This document shows, in pieces, positions 36,761 to 51,700 of a stretch of DNA of 64,000 nt. The DNA is taken from contig CM120640.1 in assembly GCA_051362555.1 (NCBI GenBank), positions 3,348,001 to 3,412,000 of the forward strand, given 5' to 3'. Position 1 is the first letter of the stretch; each line of letters begins with the position of its first letter. The notes beneath the pieces are model-generated. The model made no database searches, was not told the origin of the DNA, and saw only the letters and a list, made by a program, of their open reading frames with translations. The translations under genes and the position numbers were made by a program. The DNA is from Lingula anatina. Lineage: Eukaryota; Animalia; Brachiopoda.

Positions 36761-39700
36761 ATTATAACGTTACAGGCCACCGCACTTACCTAACCGCACC
36801 GTCACATGCCTGTACCACACCCTGCACTGAACAGTTTTCATTCCACAGCATATATAAGGCCTCCTCTCTATTTCTTTTTGCTCACTTCACTTTCTTACAC
36901 AGAACGATACGGGTACTCTAACGACACCATTTTTGCACACCCAGTCGGAGGAAAAGGTAATTATTTCAACGATAACGTAAACTTCTCTGGCTTTGGGTAT
37001 TTCAACGTTTCTATCTATCCTTTTATAACGATATTAGCACACTTGGTCGGGGGTAAGGCAAATTATTTCAACGCTAAAGTAACGTAAACTTCTCTGGCTT
37101 TGGGTCTCTGGCAGAAGATGGGGGCAGGGTAACCCAATCCTTCATACCCTGGATTCAGTGCTGGCACCCATCAGCAACTGAGTAGTAGTAATGGTTAAAC
37201 AACTGTCTTTAGCAAGGAAGTAATCTTACACATTGTAATTGGTTAATAGCATACTCATTTAAAATTGTCATCCACCAAGGTGTATGCATATGGTGCAGTG
37301 AATAAACTATCAAACTATCACATAAGATGTACCACCATATACTTAGTTGCCTCAACCCACCAATGAGGATAAAACAACAATTCTACTAATGATACCGGGA
37401 ACACCAACCTCAAGTACCTGCCTCCTACTTTAACCTCTGTTAACAACTTACCATGAGGAATGTGACAGTTTAACAAGCCAAAAAGTCTCCACCTAAACAG
37501 AGGTGGCAGGACCTGTCATCTCTGGTATATTGATTATGAAATGTTTCAGCTAGTTAAGCTGCCATATACACTTCTCATATCCTTACCAGCAATCTTATAT
37601 GAGTTCAATGACAGAAAAGGTTATAAAGAGCTTCTTCTGCATCTGAAAACAGTCATAATTTTCACTTTTTTTCTAGCAACAAAACATGATAAACTTAAAA
37701 TAGACTTTCTAAAAATAAAGAGTGTTTTGTGAGTATCTGCCTTAATTCATTTCAAATCAGTATAGGAATCCTCACAAAATGCAATTTTGCAAACAAACAT
37801 ATATTGGTATCAGACAGATAGACAAGCAATGTCATATACGTCAAGCTTTCATAAAATGGTAATCCCATTTACTACACTTTCAACTGTCAACAAATAATCT
37901 TAAATCAATAAGTTAGGATGCAACAAATGATGTCAGAGTAAAACATCAAACAGCAAGGTAGAAGTCCAATTCTTTAAGAAATTGATTTCAGATACTGACT
38001 GTTGTTAACAGTTTAGCAGTGTACCTCCTTCAATCAATAAACGTGGACCAATCTGCAGGTTATTTTCATGAACTGTATCTTACCTGTGGGCTTGTTTACA
38101 AAACACTCAGTGTAGTCAGCTACAACTTGAAACAGTTACCTCGAGTGATCAACTGATGAAAACAACCAATCCAACCCTACTTTTCACATGATTTTTGCTA
38201 TTGAGTTAAGTTCAGCAGGCATTTAGGGGGCAGCAGGCCCGCAGGCAGGGGGGTCAAAGGGGTTCAAAAAAACCACCCTGGTAAATTGCCAGCTGTAGAC
38301 CAAAGATGAAGATGTAAAAAAATTCATGCTTGCTGAACATTTTTGCCTCTCTTTGCAGTTATCACTACAACAATATCCACAGCCAAATAACAAACCCAAC
38401 ACACTGCTTGATAATCATAGTTAATTTCAGACTGTATTGTCTATTGATACACCATTAAATTTATACCTATAACCCATATAAGAAGAAAAAAAAATCAGAC
38501 AATGAACTTACAGGTATGATTTTATGCCCCTTTAAAATTTGTAAAAAAAAACATAAGTTATCAACCATGTTGGTTAATTATGTTATATATTTTTGGTAAA
38601 AGGGAGCCAACTAGACAACCTGAGGCAAGGTGGGTTATCACAGATCTTATTTGAAGATTATCTTGTGTTAGAAGATATTTTGAGTAAACCAGAGTGGCCT
38701 GAGGACACCACTAACTAAAAATCTGCCCCATACCTCGTATGCTGCCTCTCTCATAAACTGCTTGGCTGGAGACTTCCATATTGCTGGCACGGTTATCACC
38801 CACCGCACGTCTTCGTTCAAGAACGTTGTCGCAGACTGGTCGCTCAGCTCTTGCAATGCATGTTCTTTGAAGAATTTCAGTGCATAGGCAAAGATGGTTA
38901 GGGCGCAGACGCTCTTCCCGTTGCTTGCTTTGAGCATGGTTGACTGGTTTAATTCCTAGAAATACACAAAAATATGTTAATATAGAAGCAATATTGTTAT
39001 CTCAAAAGAGATAAGGAATAAGGTTGAAATAACCTCATAATTTCATATTTCAATAATCTATATTCCCAATATTGCAAAACTATTGAACATTTGAACTGAT
39101 GACCCTGCCTAATTTGACATTATAAGAGTACACGACACAAAGAGAAGAAACCAGAATTTCTTCATCCCCAGTGTCTAGAAAATCTTTATATATCATCACT
39201 ATGAGCATATAATTTTTGGTATTTCAGGGATTAAACAGAATATTTTGAATTAGGGCAAAATATGCAATTTCTGCCAAGGGGCCACCAAGCAGCTGTTATT
39301 ACTTGGAAAAACTGTGCTGGCAGCCTTGGACATATCTCCCAACTCATTCCATTCATAACCACCCTTGTTATTCTGTTATAACAGTTTCCCCTTCTTCTGT
39401 TTGTAGAAACAACAGATGTAGGCAAATAATAAACCAAGTTCTGTGGTTGGTATAAAAATATGTGCCACAGGGGACTTTCTGAGTCTCTCCAATGGGGTAA
39501 GGACAACTTCGTGCAACAGGTACGAACTGGTCCATACTAAGACTTTACAGAAAGACAAATGGCTTGAGTTTAAAATGAAAAAAATTAATTGCCCGCCTAA
39601 CCATGGGCTGTATGTACAAAAGAAATCACATTAATCCCAGTTGAGTGCAGACAGCCACAACACTATCCTGGGTTCTTGACATGAATACAGCAGGAAGAAA

Positions 39701-42700
39701 TGCCAAATGAGATCAAATCTCGACTTTCAACTGCTTTAGGAAACCTCTGAAACCCAGGCAACTAACATAAAACATCTTTTACTATAGTTAACAGCTGAAA
39801 AAGATTTAAAAGATTTTTAAAGATATCAGGCTATCAGTTTGAAAGATAGATATTCACACGGTCACCAGCCATGCCAACAGAATGTTCATATGGTCACCAT
39901 GCCAACAGAGTGTTCACCTGTTATTGTTATTTAAATGGTCATCATGCCAACAGAACATGTACATGTTCAGTGTCACTGTTGTTCACGTGGTCACCATGCA
40001 AACCGGGTGTTCTCATGGTAACATGCCAACAAAATGTGCACATGGTCACCAACCCAACAAATTATTTTTCACAATGTCACTATCTCCATGTCTAAATTTC
40101 ACAGTAGCATGGTATTCACACAGTCACCATGGCAACTTGATATTCACAAGTTCACCATGCCAACAGGGTGTTCATTCCTATGTCATTCTAAACTGACTTG
40201 ATCTACTGAGCAGACAAGCAAAAATAACACCAATGTTTGGTAACAGAAGAAGCATGCCATGTGTTAAAAAGACAGATTACATAATTTATCAACCCAAGCA
40301 AACAGAATAGCATATCACTCAAGCAAAACACATTTAATTGCCAATGTTTTTGAAATGGGTCTGTAAAAAATGCCAGAATGCAAACAATTCTCTTATTTTC
40401 TATGCAAAATGGCAATAGGATGTGAAGAATGCTCATTTTTAGGAAAGCAAAACAAAGAAAGTTTACTAAACACAAAAGGGTCGCACTCACAATTGAAAGA
40501 AAACTGTTTTATGCATTCTCTCTGCAAAATCAATTTCATTCTCTACATTGTACTCTCATGGTGGTTATTTTTTTCTTCAGACTGAAAAAAACAGCCCAAT
40601 GAGAGTCAGTTAAACTAAACTTGTGCAGTAGACCCATAGGCAAGGAAGGGGTCCCTGGTGTGGGTTTCAGTAGGGGGTGGAGTTGGAAAGAACCACCCTT
40701 TTGGTTAGTAAGGACCTACTCTGAATTAAAATTTGCTCTAGATGCTATAAAATTTCACAATCTGGGTAAAACGTCCACCTTTTCAGAATAACCTTCTCCC
40801 ATTAAAAATTCAGGTTTTTGACAATGTTTAACATACACACATCCCTAGCACAGCTTGTTTCTGCAGTACTTCTTCTACTGAGTGCCCTCTATTGTTTTTT
40901 CATCAAAACATAACATGGCAAAAGTTCAGCAAACCAATATGCCACATGTGTGGTGACTTACAGCATCAAAGTGGCTTTAGTGGCATCCATCACATTTTAT
41001 ACAAACAACACATCCTACATCAACCCTGTCCTTTAATTTATTAGGTGCTAATTTACCGAGTATGTTCAGGAGTGAGGTTAAGTATTAATTCATTTCCCAG
41101 GTATGTGTAAGTTTAGTTTACCTAGGTGTCAGGTATACACTGGTTAACAGCATGTTTCAGTAAAAGATATCTACTTGTATGACTCAGTATCTGGCACTGC
41201 TGTGATCTCAGGTAGAACAGGGTGGAGTGGAGAAACACCTGACATAAGATTGTTTACTGCTGCAGGTGTGGTTACCTGGACAGGGTGGTAACATTACCTG
41301 TGCCAGGTGTAAACATCAACAAGCTGCACTCACGTTTCTTGAAATCAAGCAAGGGTTAATTATCATTATTTTGTCAATAATTTTATATCTTTAATGCCAA
41401 AAATTAATTCATATACAGATTAAGTCAGAGTCTTCCATGCTAGGCATATCAATCCACAACTTAGCTAGTGTAACCAAAAATATTTCCTGAGGTTATCTAA
41501 GGCTTGGGAGGAGAACTGGCAAATTTTATAATATTATTTAAAACTATTTTTTGTTCTTAACTACATGTAACAATTGGACATGCAGGCATATTTTATAACG
41601 ATCCTCTTTCAGTTTTTCTAATTGTCAATGTAAAATACTAGTAATGTTTTTTCAAAATATCTCAAAATGTGCTGAAGAAAAGATAATTTTCAATAAGTCT
41701 GTTTCCAGCATACAAAGTTTAAGGGTGCATTCCCAATTCAGTTCATCTGATTGTACTCAGGGAAAGTCCCAACACAGCTGGATTGATCTACGCAGAACAG
41801 TTTCATTGGGAAAATGCCCTAAGAAGTTGCGTTTGTCACCTTCAGGCATACCACACACCCTCTGGCCAAATTAAACCCAGCTTTCTATTAGTAATGACAT
41901 GGTTACTATTCTTTCAATTTATTAGAGTTAATTCTGAAGGACAAGTTTCAATTGTGTTGTGGTTTTACTCCTTTTAACATCTACATAGCATGACACATAT
42001 TCAGAAACCCAGTAGTATGAATCATACACTAGCATTTGTTACTTCTAAGAACCCCAACCACTACAACAATAGTCTAGACATACATGTCCACATCTCAACT
42101 ATAATATCTGTGGGCCCTTTCTCAACATCATCATCATGTTGCCCTTAACCCAGCACCACACTGGGAAGAAGAGAAGATCTATCTGAGATGGGTATCACAT
42201 GGAGCCAAGGGATGAGACTTTACAGCAATCTGTCTAGGGAGACCCCACTGGCTCCAAACCAGTTTTCTTGTCTGGCTTATAAAAAAAACTTACTTTCCCA
42301 GGTGGTTTTAATTATGCCCTTTCACCTTTTCACCAAAACAACATCTTCATCTGAGGTAAGCATGTGTGATGTGTTTCCTGATATTGGGTTTATTTCGTTT
42401 ATTTCGAGAGTTTTCCTAGCTCATGTTACCCTGACCTCATAATGGCTCTTTTCCTGTCAACTTTCCTTGGAGGAAAGATTGATCTCTGCTCTACAAATGG
42501 GATGTTAGCTAGCTGATACAATGATAGCACTTCTACATCTAAAATACTGATTCAGGAGGGGTAAAACTTGGTTACGGCTGTAATATAGCTTTTCTTTACC
42601 GTAATATTGTTCTAGCATCTAGATGTTAGATACGATAATAGAACTTGTACATGTAAAATACTGGTCCAAGGGGTAAAACCTTGTTATAGCTTAATTAGCT

Positions 42701-45700
42701 TGCTCAGACTGAGATATGAGGCCAAATCCTGGACAGCTACCTCCCAGGCGGCACTTTCTTATTAAATACCAATACTTGTGCCTCTCTCCCCTGACCTTAT
42801 AGCCTCAATGTTCTGTAACAGTTAGATCAGATCTCCTCACGATCACCTGCCCAGACCAGAGATCAGTGCCTGCAACTCTAGGTGGTCCACTCATGAAGCT
42901 GCCTAATTTACATGCCAGGGCAGTTCCAGTTCAGGAGAGATGAATTTGCTGCAGATATCTCAACACTTCTGACAGCAACACCTGAAGCAGTTCAGAAGGG
43001 TTACTCTCTTTTTTCACCAAGTACCAGTGCCACATCAGATTTTTATATAATGCCAAATAATAAAACCCTCATATTTTCATTTCAAAACATTTTTAAATTT
43101 TGTTCTTTGGTATAGATTATCAGTGAAACCATGTGCATTGTAAAAAGGTCTTTTTTGTATAAATGGTTGACTCTACTTCAAAACAGAACCAAACATTGGT
43201 ACCCGTAAATCAACTTGTCATGCAAAATCAATTCTGCTGTCTGTACCAGTATAACAACAAGTCTGGTGTCCATACCAGTATAATAGCAAGACTGGTGTGT
43301 ATACCAGAATTAATGGCAACGAGGCTGGCATCTATATCAGTATAACAACTAATTTGGTGTCTGAACCAGTATAACAACTAGACTGGTGTGTGTGCCAGAA
43401 TGATAACAAGATTGGAGTCTGTACAGCAGGGTAACAGTATAACAGTAAGACTGGTGTCTGTACCAGTATAACAATAAGACTGGTGTCTATACCAGTATAA
43501 CAATAAGACTGATGTCTATACCAGTATAACAATAAGACTGGTGTCTACACCAGTATAACAATAAGACTGGCATCTGTACCAGTATAACAACTAGACTGGC
43601 ATCTGTGCCAGTATAACAACAAGACTGGTGTCTGTACTAATATAACAAGCCTGGTGTCAGTACCATATAACAACAAGCTGGTGTCCCTACCAGTATAACA
43701 ACTAGACTGGCATCTGTGCCAGTATTACAACAAGACTGGTGTCCATACCAGTATAACAATAAGACTGGCATCTGTACCAGTATAACAACTAGACTGGCAT
43801 CTGTGCCAGTATAACAACAAGACTGGTGTCTGTACTAATATAACAAGCCTGGTGTCAGTACCATATAACAACAAGCTGGTGTCCCTACCAGTATAATAAC
43901 TAGACTGGCATCTGTGCCAGTATAACAACAAGCTGGTGTCCCTACCAGTATAATAACTAGACTGGCATCTGTGCCAGTATTACAACAAGACTGGTGTCCA
44001 TACCAGTATAACAACTAGACTGGCATCTGTACCAATATAACAAGACTGGTGTCAGTACCATATAACAAGATGGTGTCTGTACCAGACATCACTTTACATC
44101 ATGTCACGTACCACTTCAACAATCGCTATATTATTTTAACACCCTTGTCAGTCCTCAAGTCAATTATCGTGGATCACCATATGAGAAGTCGATTACACTA
44201 CGTTGTATACATTGCCCTACAACAAACAATGAACTTCTCACCACCTAAATGATTTCCATCTGCTGGCATCACTGCATATCAACACTTGTGATAAACAATG
44301 ATAGAAGGAACAATGCTCAAATGTTGATTAGTCAGAGAATGCCATAAATGTCTTTCCAGTGATACAAGGAAGTTAACCTTGCTCTTAATGATGAATAGGT
44401 ATCTGTTTTTTTCCAATCCCCAGCTACGAAGTTAGTTGGTTTTAAATCCCAGTACAAATTTACGTGCATAAAAGCCACGAAACTGATCTTTAACCTTTTC
44501 AGTCAAATGATCGAAATGATATTAATGTGGATGTTGCTTTAAGTCTTGAAAAAGACTTCTTAAATAATAAGTTACTCGGAAGTGCTAATCATTCATACTC
44601 AAGACAGCTAAACCACAGCCCAAAAACCATTTTGAAATTATTTTGTCCTTCATCCAATACACTACCTGCAGTATGTTTCCAGTAATTACATAATAATCAA
44701 TTAAATGGGTTTATAATTAACAAAACCAATTAGTCCCAAATTTAACTCCTGATCAAATGTTGGAGCCAAAATGGTGCTGAATTGACAAGAAAGCTTTAAA
44801 AATTTAATTTTTTTTTTTTTTTTTTTTTGTCAAATTGAGAAGTGATGGCATTATCAAAGATTAGTTCTCAATAATAACCCTAATTACAAAACTTTAAAAA
44901 TAGATGAGACGGCAATTCTTTATTCTCTTTTCCAAAAGTATGCACGTTTTTTTGGAAAGTTTTATTGACAATGCCAAAACACTTCAAGATTGCTTAAATC
45001 TGTGTTCTTTCACATTATAATTGGGTCTAAGTCATAATTGTGCTCAGATCTTAGTCTTAATTAACTGTAAGTCAGATTGTGCCACAAACTTTGTCAAGGC
45101 CGCATCCAGTTGCTAACAACACATTACATAGCCTGTCAAATAGACAAGAAAACCAAACTGTTTATGTGTCAATTTCAACAATTCCATGGAGACTGTCATG
45201 ATACTATACACACAAAGAACAGTTCAAATAACTTTACATCTGGGCTAAATGCTACAACTCAAATAGCAAGTTTCAGTTCTGGCCCCTTAGTTGACTAGAA
45301 AGAGCTAAAATTCAACCTACTGGTACATGTACATATGTATTTAGAATGCCACTGCAAACCGCACTGATATCATTTTCCTTACTTTGCCCCCTTTTTACTC
45401 AATGCTACAAATTACTATAAATATGGAGGTTTCTGAACCTGCAAAGCTTTAGAATATTTTTACTGCAGAGGCACTCTGGTCTTACATTAATTGTTCACAT
45501 CCCCAGTATTAATGTGAAATTGCATCTTGGTTCATACTTTACAGTAAACCAATAATGTCCAAAATCATTCTACAGGTCAAAACACCACCACCAGCAATCA
45601 AAATATATCTCATCAGTAGGAGTTACACTCACCTCAGTGACCTTCAGCTATATTAAAGCACCTGTTGTTATTTAATTAGATCTAAATATGCATATGTAAC

Positions 45701-48700
45701 ATTCCCCATTACTCCAGTACTACTGGAATGACTTAGAAAACACAGCAAGCACACCATTACAGAAAAGCTCCACCACATGAGAATAAATTTCAGACACTGC
45801 AACCTTATGCATAAATGATTCACTTCCATCAATTCAGACTACAAAGTGGAGTCCAGCAATCATTACATGTCTTACACTGATTGTTGTTGAGATGAAGAAA
45901 TATCTACACATCTATCTGTGTCACAACACATGAGACATCACTCATTAATGCACAGAAAAACAGCATTTTACTCAATGAACAATAAAAAAGGGAGCCTAAA
46001 GAGAAGGAAAGTTCATGGTAGAATTGGCAGCCGATCAAAAATGCATTTTTTAATGTGTAAGGTTCTGTTTGGTTCAATACATAAATTGGGCAATAAAAAT
46101 GCTCGACAGTCAAAAGAAATGGGAGTTACAGTTAGATGTCTACAAAAGCTGGATTTTTTGCACTGGGATCAACAGTGGAGAGGCCTTTGTTGGGTTTATG
46201 TGTGGTTGGCTCATACTTAGTAGATGATAAAACTACTACAATAATTTTACATGCATCTGGGGAATGCACACTATTAACAAAATGGCATAAGTTAGTGATG
46301 AACATATGAAAAAGCAATGATGTATAAACGGTAAAAACTTGAAAATTTAGTCAATCTTGAAAATTTTGTTGGAAGACAATTCTCCACCAAGGTAATGTTT
46401 TTTTACTTTGAAAATTTCATCAAACTTGAAAATGGGCCTCTCAATTATTTTGAAAAGTTTGTCACCTAATATGGCCAAGTTGGATTCAGGGATTAATTAA
46501 AAGATGTTTTCCTGAATTTTAAGTGAAGAAATTTTCAAGTGTCTACCGTAATTTTATTTAACATATGTCACCACCGTCTACAAAAAGATCTTACCGCATT
46601 GTGGTGAAGCATCATTTTGAACTTGTCAAAGTACATCCACCTCTTGGCTTCCTGTGGGTGAAGGTCATGGAAGAAATTGCGTGCAGAGTAGCCGAAGGAG
46701 TGAAATTTTCCCTCTGGAGAGAGCAGCAGACATGTCGGCGTCTTCTGGTTGATGACTCCCGCGTCTCCTCCCTCCCATTTCCTCATCATATGGATGCTGT
46801 CGGGATCCCGAGTGAAGCTGAAAGCGTAACCGCTATACGTGGTACCAAAATCTATGGCAACAACTACGAAATGCCCCTGATGGCGGACACGCTCAGATCC
46901 CGTCCCAGAATCCACAGACATGCGGTCGTGTGCCTGTATGGCACTCTCCTGGTTGTGAGGGTGGTGGACATCTGCGTTGATCTTGGCAGAGTTTGGTGTC
47001 ATGGGTTTGTTTGCTGTGCTAGGGGACAAGGGTGAATTTGGCACGTCAAAGGAGTTGTGGTACCTTCCCTCTATGAAGTCCACCCCGCTGCTGGGTCGAC
47101 TCCCGTCTGTAGAAGCCTGGGACCCAGGCGAGGACAACACGGGGGACACTGGGCTCAGACGAGGACGGTTTTCATCATGAAGCTCATCTCCATCCACTAT
47201 AATTATCTCAACTTGCTGCTTCTTTTTTTGAGTGGGCTGTATGGGTTCCTCCTTCACTGGAGTCTGCTCTCTGCTAGGGGGGTCCTCTGTAGTGGTGGGA
47301 CTGCTGGCACTCTCGTTGGCCACCCCACTGTCCTCACAGCTTACTGGGGTGACACTGCGCTCTGGTGTAGACAGCGGGGCAGTACAACTGTCTTCCAGGC
47401 CTTCTGCTCCATCAACACCTCGAGTCTCCATCTCCTTCATGCACTGCATCTCTTCCATGGGGTCCACACCTTCCTGGTGCAGGGAGTCCATGTTAATCAC
47501 TGGCTTGCGATGGAGACACACTGGCTCTATCTCATCTTCTATCACACTGCCACTGGCATCAGCTGAAAATAAAAAAGTTTAAGGAATATTTACAATACCT
47601 CAAAAAAATCAACTTGCAATTGATGAAAAGCAATGGGATGAAGAATGTCTGGAATAAAAAAACAGTATTAACCCAATTTCCATCTACAATTTCCCAAACT
47701 TAAGTTGGGAAAATTTTGAAAATAAAGTTGCTCCTTATATTTTCTGTATAACGCCATTATTAATTTTAGCTCAAAAAGCAAACCAGGTATAATATAGCTA
47801 CTGCCTCCAACTAGGATGTAATTTAAACAATGCCAACAGACGCTGTTATCTTCAGCAGGGCATGTGGTCCGTTATCAAGCAGGCTAGAAAAACAAAACCT
47901 TGCGGCTTTCAAAGCCAACACAGCAACATGTGGTCATGGACTCAAATGGAATGTCAGCATCAAACAAACTTAAACAAAAAATTACAGCCAACACCAAGAT
48001 AATGAGTTAAACCAAACCAACCCGAAAAAGAGAAAGAGGGAAACGCACAGTTAAATATAAACATCCTGTGGCAGATATACTGTGCAGTCTTACAACATGG
48101 CCTTAAAAAGTTCTATTAGGTTTTTTGTCTTTTCTTCCTGCTAATCTTAATCGAAGTCTGAAATAAAAAGAACTTTAAAGAGTCCAACTGTGCAAATGAC
48201 TGGGTGTTAAGAAAATAATTAACTTACACATACAGTCAGTTTTCCTTTGGTATTTCTTTGCTTTGCCATTGTTCCTCATTTTCATCATATTTTTTTCTTT
48301 GCTTTTAATCTTTTGATTATAATAACTGCTTGAGGCAAATCAGTAAATATCATGAATTTTCATATCTTAGAAAGTGTGCATGATAAATCAGATAAATCAG
48401 CAACAATCAGAGATTTTCCTGAGCCAACAACATTTCTAAACCCCATGTTGTACTTTATTGTTTAGACTTGATGTCTGCTCACTGGAAGAAAACACCGTTC
48501 CTAATCACCTGATATCAGATAGAAGTTATTTCAATACAGCCACCTGCTGGGTGAAATGCACACTCAAAGAAACAAAAAGTCCACTTCCTACAATGATTTC
48601 TGGAAGCCATTCAAGAACTTAAAATACAAGACAGTAAAAACAAACCATTTCTCAGAATCCATTACTTACTAGTAAGTCAATTATAGGTTACTACAAGCAA

Positions 48701-51700
48701 TTCCAAACACACACAGTAGGAAAATGTAGTGCAGACTTTTTTAATGTGTTGTAAAATGGTTTTAAATCTTTGTGCACTTAACAAAAAAAAAATCAGCTTT
48801 CATATTTCAAATTCCTCTTCCACTACACAAGTACATGTATCTCTCTCAATAGGGAGGGTGGCATTCTAAACCCAACATTTATGGTTCTTCTTGGTTTAAT
48901 CAACAGCTTTTTCATGAGAAATGACAGATGCTGCATTCATTTCTGACACAAACAGCACATAGTAGCTACCCCATTATCTTCAAAACCACAGTTGACTTAC
49001 ATTTTGGTATACTCCACAAGGGTACCTTCAGACTGCCACTGTTGAAACATTGAGAACCAAAGCATTAAATCAGACTTTTCATGCCTTTTGTATTACGACA
49101 CAAATGGGTGACTTCAGGTCATTTTTTTTAATGAGGTGCATGCTTCCTAATAACCCTCCCATTTAGGATAGGAGAAATTAGTCAGAGGGTCAAATATGGC
49201 CAACCCACTTGAATACTTCCCAACAGGTTATCTATTCAGTGTCTATTAGCGGATTAGATGGCAATCTTTGTTGGGGATCACTATATTTGACCCTCAGACT
49301 AGTTAGTCCCCTATTCTGTATGGGGCCTTAGAGAACGATTCTGGCACACCCTCTCCCACAGAACCATGAACATGATTGATCAGCTGAACTAGCCACAGAA
49401 AAGGGAGAGGAAAGAATGCCAACTATGGCCACATATAACGGTGATCTATGGGTAAATTCTGAGCTGATCCCAGACCAGATTGCAGTTCTATGACTGGTCC
49501 ACTGCATGTTCAGAGCATTCTTCAGAGAGCCTGCAATGTCATCTGGGTCCATTATTATGTATATCTAGAAAAACTCTCCCCAAGATTTTTTTAGAAGGAA
49601 AGAGATGTCAATATATCTTAAATTTAAAATGGTCAAAACATGTTTGGACTTTAAATGAAAGCGAGATAAGATTGCAACTCAATAAATCTTATCCAGCCCT
49701 CTCCATAATAACCAATAGTCATATCCAGTGCCTTATCTTCATGGATGCTTACAAGTTCCAATTAATCCACCATCTCTCAAGAGCTTCATGGGTTATCTGG
49801 ATACACTGTGGCTACTCACTGGTCAGAGCACCTGTCCCTGATCTAATCCAGCACCAGGCCACATATTTCACTGGTCAAATAAGCAAGCACCTGCCTAGTC
49901 TTCACTGTTACTGTGGGGAGGTTCATGTGCCAAATGCAAGGATGCTGTTACAGTAGAAAAAGTAACTAAAGCCAGTTTTAAAAAGCAGGAGCTCTGCACT
50001 ATCGTCATTCTACTACATATTATCCCCAGTTTCCTTGATAAAATGTTCTTATCCCAGACTTCCTCTTGGCTATCATTATGCATATAACATCACCTGGTCC
50101 ATACTGCTACTGGTTGATAAAACAACAGACATCAAAGAAAAACCTGGACTTCATTATCAACAGAATTTCAGTTAAATGTCTGCTGACCCTAACCATACTT
50201 CTGGGCTTAATGGGTTTTTAGAAAGACATTTTTCAAAACTGCTTTCTATAATTCAAACATTTTGACATTTGGTTTTGATTAACTTTGAACTAGCTCTGGT
50301 ATTTTGTAGTAAAATTCAACAATTTTTTTTTCTTTTTTTTTTTTTTGGGGGGGGGGGAGGGGAAGGGGGCAAATTTTCACCATTAGTTTGACTAACCCCC
50401 CTTCGCTTCTAAACCAAGCCAATGCCATCTTATTTTGAAAATAACAAACTTCAATATGTTAACATCCATTGACATCAATCAACATGCTCTCATCCTACAA
50501 CCAAAACAACCATAAAAATATTGTAAATGCTCTTTACCTGTAGAAACATTTTCATTGCCAGATTGTAGGACATTGCACAAAGCAGTAAAAAATCCGAGAG
50601 CCGTGATCATACTTCATGTGCTCTCTCTGGAGTGAAACTGTTCACCATTAAGACCATAAGAACATTACAAAGGGACTTCTACGTGTGTTCTTACACGTTT
50701 CAGGTCAAAAAAGTCTTGGTATACAATGAAAACATAAGTTAACAAGAATTAGTGCAGGAAAGGGAACATGTTGCAAACCCTTAAGACATTCTTCTTCCCA
50801 TGAAAAGTGCACATGAGCAGAATTAGGGCCGCAGTTGGTAAAAATAAAACTTGGCGGCATACCTGCACGAAGTTTGTGTACAATTGAAATACAATGCTAC
50901 AAAGATACTCTTCAAATAACTATTTAATATGTAATATTGGCTGGAGACAACATCTATTACCATGTAAAAATTTAACCAGCAAATATACCCATTACTGCTC
51001 TGTTCAACTTGCTACACCACTTGCAAGGGCATACTACATGTAAGCACTAGTTTACATCACTGAATTGTACTGATTATAGGATAGCAATTACTGTTTAAAT
51101 CAATAATTCAGTTTGGTCAAAACACAATGTTTGACATGTATGTTAAGTCAGATACAGTACACAAATTAATGAAGTACATTAAGATATTCAATAAAGAACA
51201 GAATGTTCACCAGTTTTACAGTTACCATATCCGAAATGTATAATATCTTATATACTAGTATCTTATATCTCGAGTGAATCCCCCCTTCACACCAATCAAT
51301 GAATCTTGACTGTAACCCCCTGAAAGTTTCAGTAAATTTCACCATTTGTAAAGATACAGGAAGGTCAAGAGATCAAAGCTCCCGATGGGCAATAAGCCAT
51401 ATACTTCAGCAGGTGTACACCAACAATTCATACAACAAAAACACAAATTTATTTGTTCAAGTTATCATTGTGATTCAACTGTTTGTCCAGACTAACCAAT
51501 CCAAAGTTAAGCAAACATAGGTCAGTTTTACTGAAATGCCTGGCTTCTGAAGAAATGGACTGACTTTTATCACTTCTTTCTTTTGACCAGACTTTCCCTA
51601 ACAATAACCATGAACTGGTTCGGACTTTAAAATAAAAATAAATTTAATATCAGATTTATTTCATTAAAAACTTTACTCTTCAAATTCATCCACAATATTA

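Noticed and set aside
43240-44086. CRISPR-like array of ~28-bp partly palindromic repeats
   Set aside because: No unique spacers, units are contiguous, no cas genes, and the context is a eukaryotic intron; it is a minisatellite.
46565-47582. Long + strand ORFs (156, 169, 116 aa), and likewise 55523-55919
   Set aside because: Antisense shadows of GC-rich HSPA12 coding exons.
49480-49956. 158-aa + strand ORF in an HSPA12 intron
   Set aside because: Non-ATG start, no recognisable domain, no convincing splice partners.
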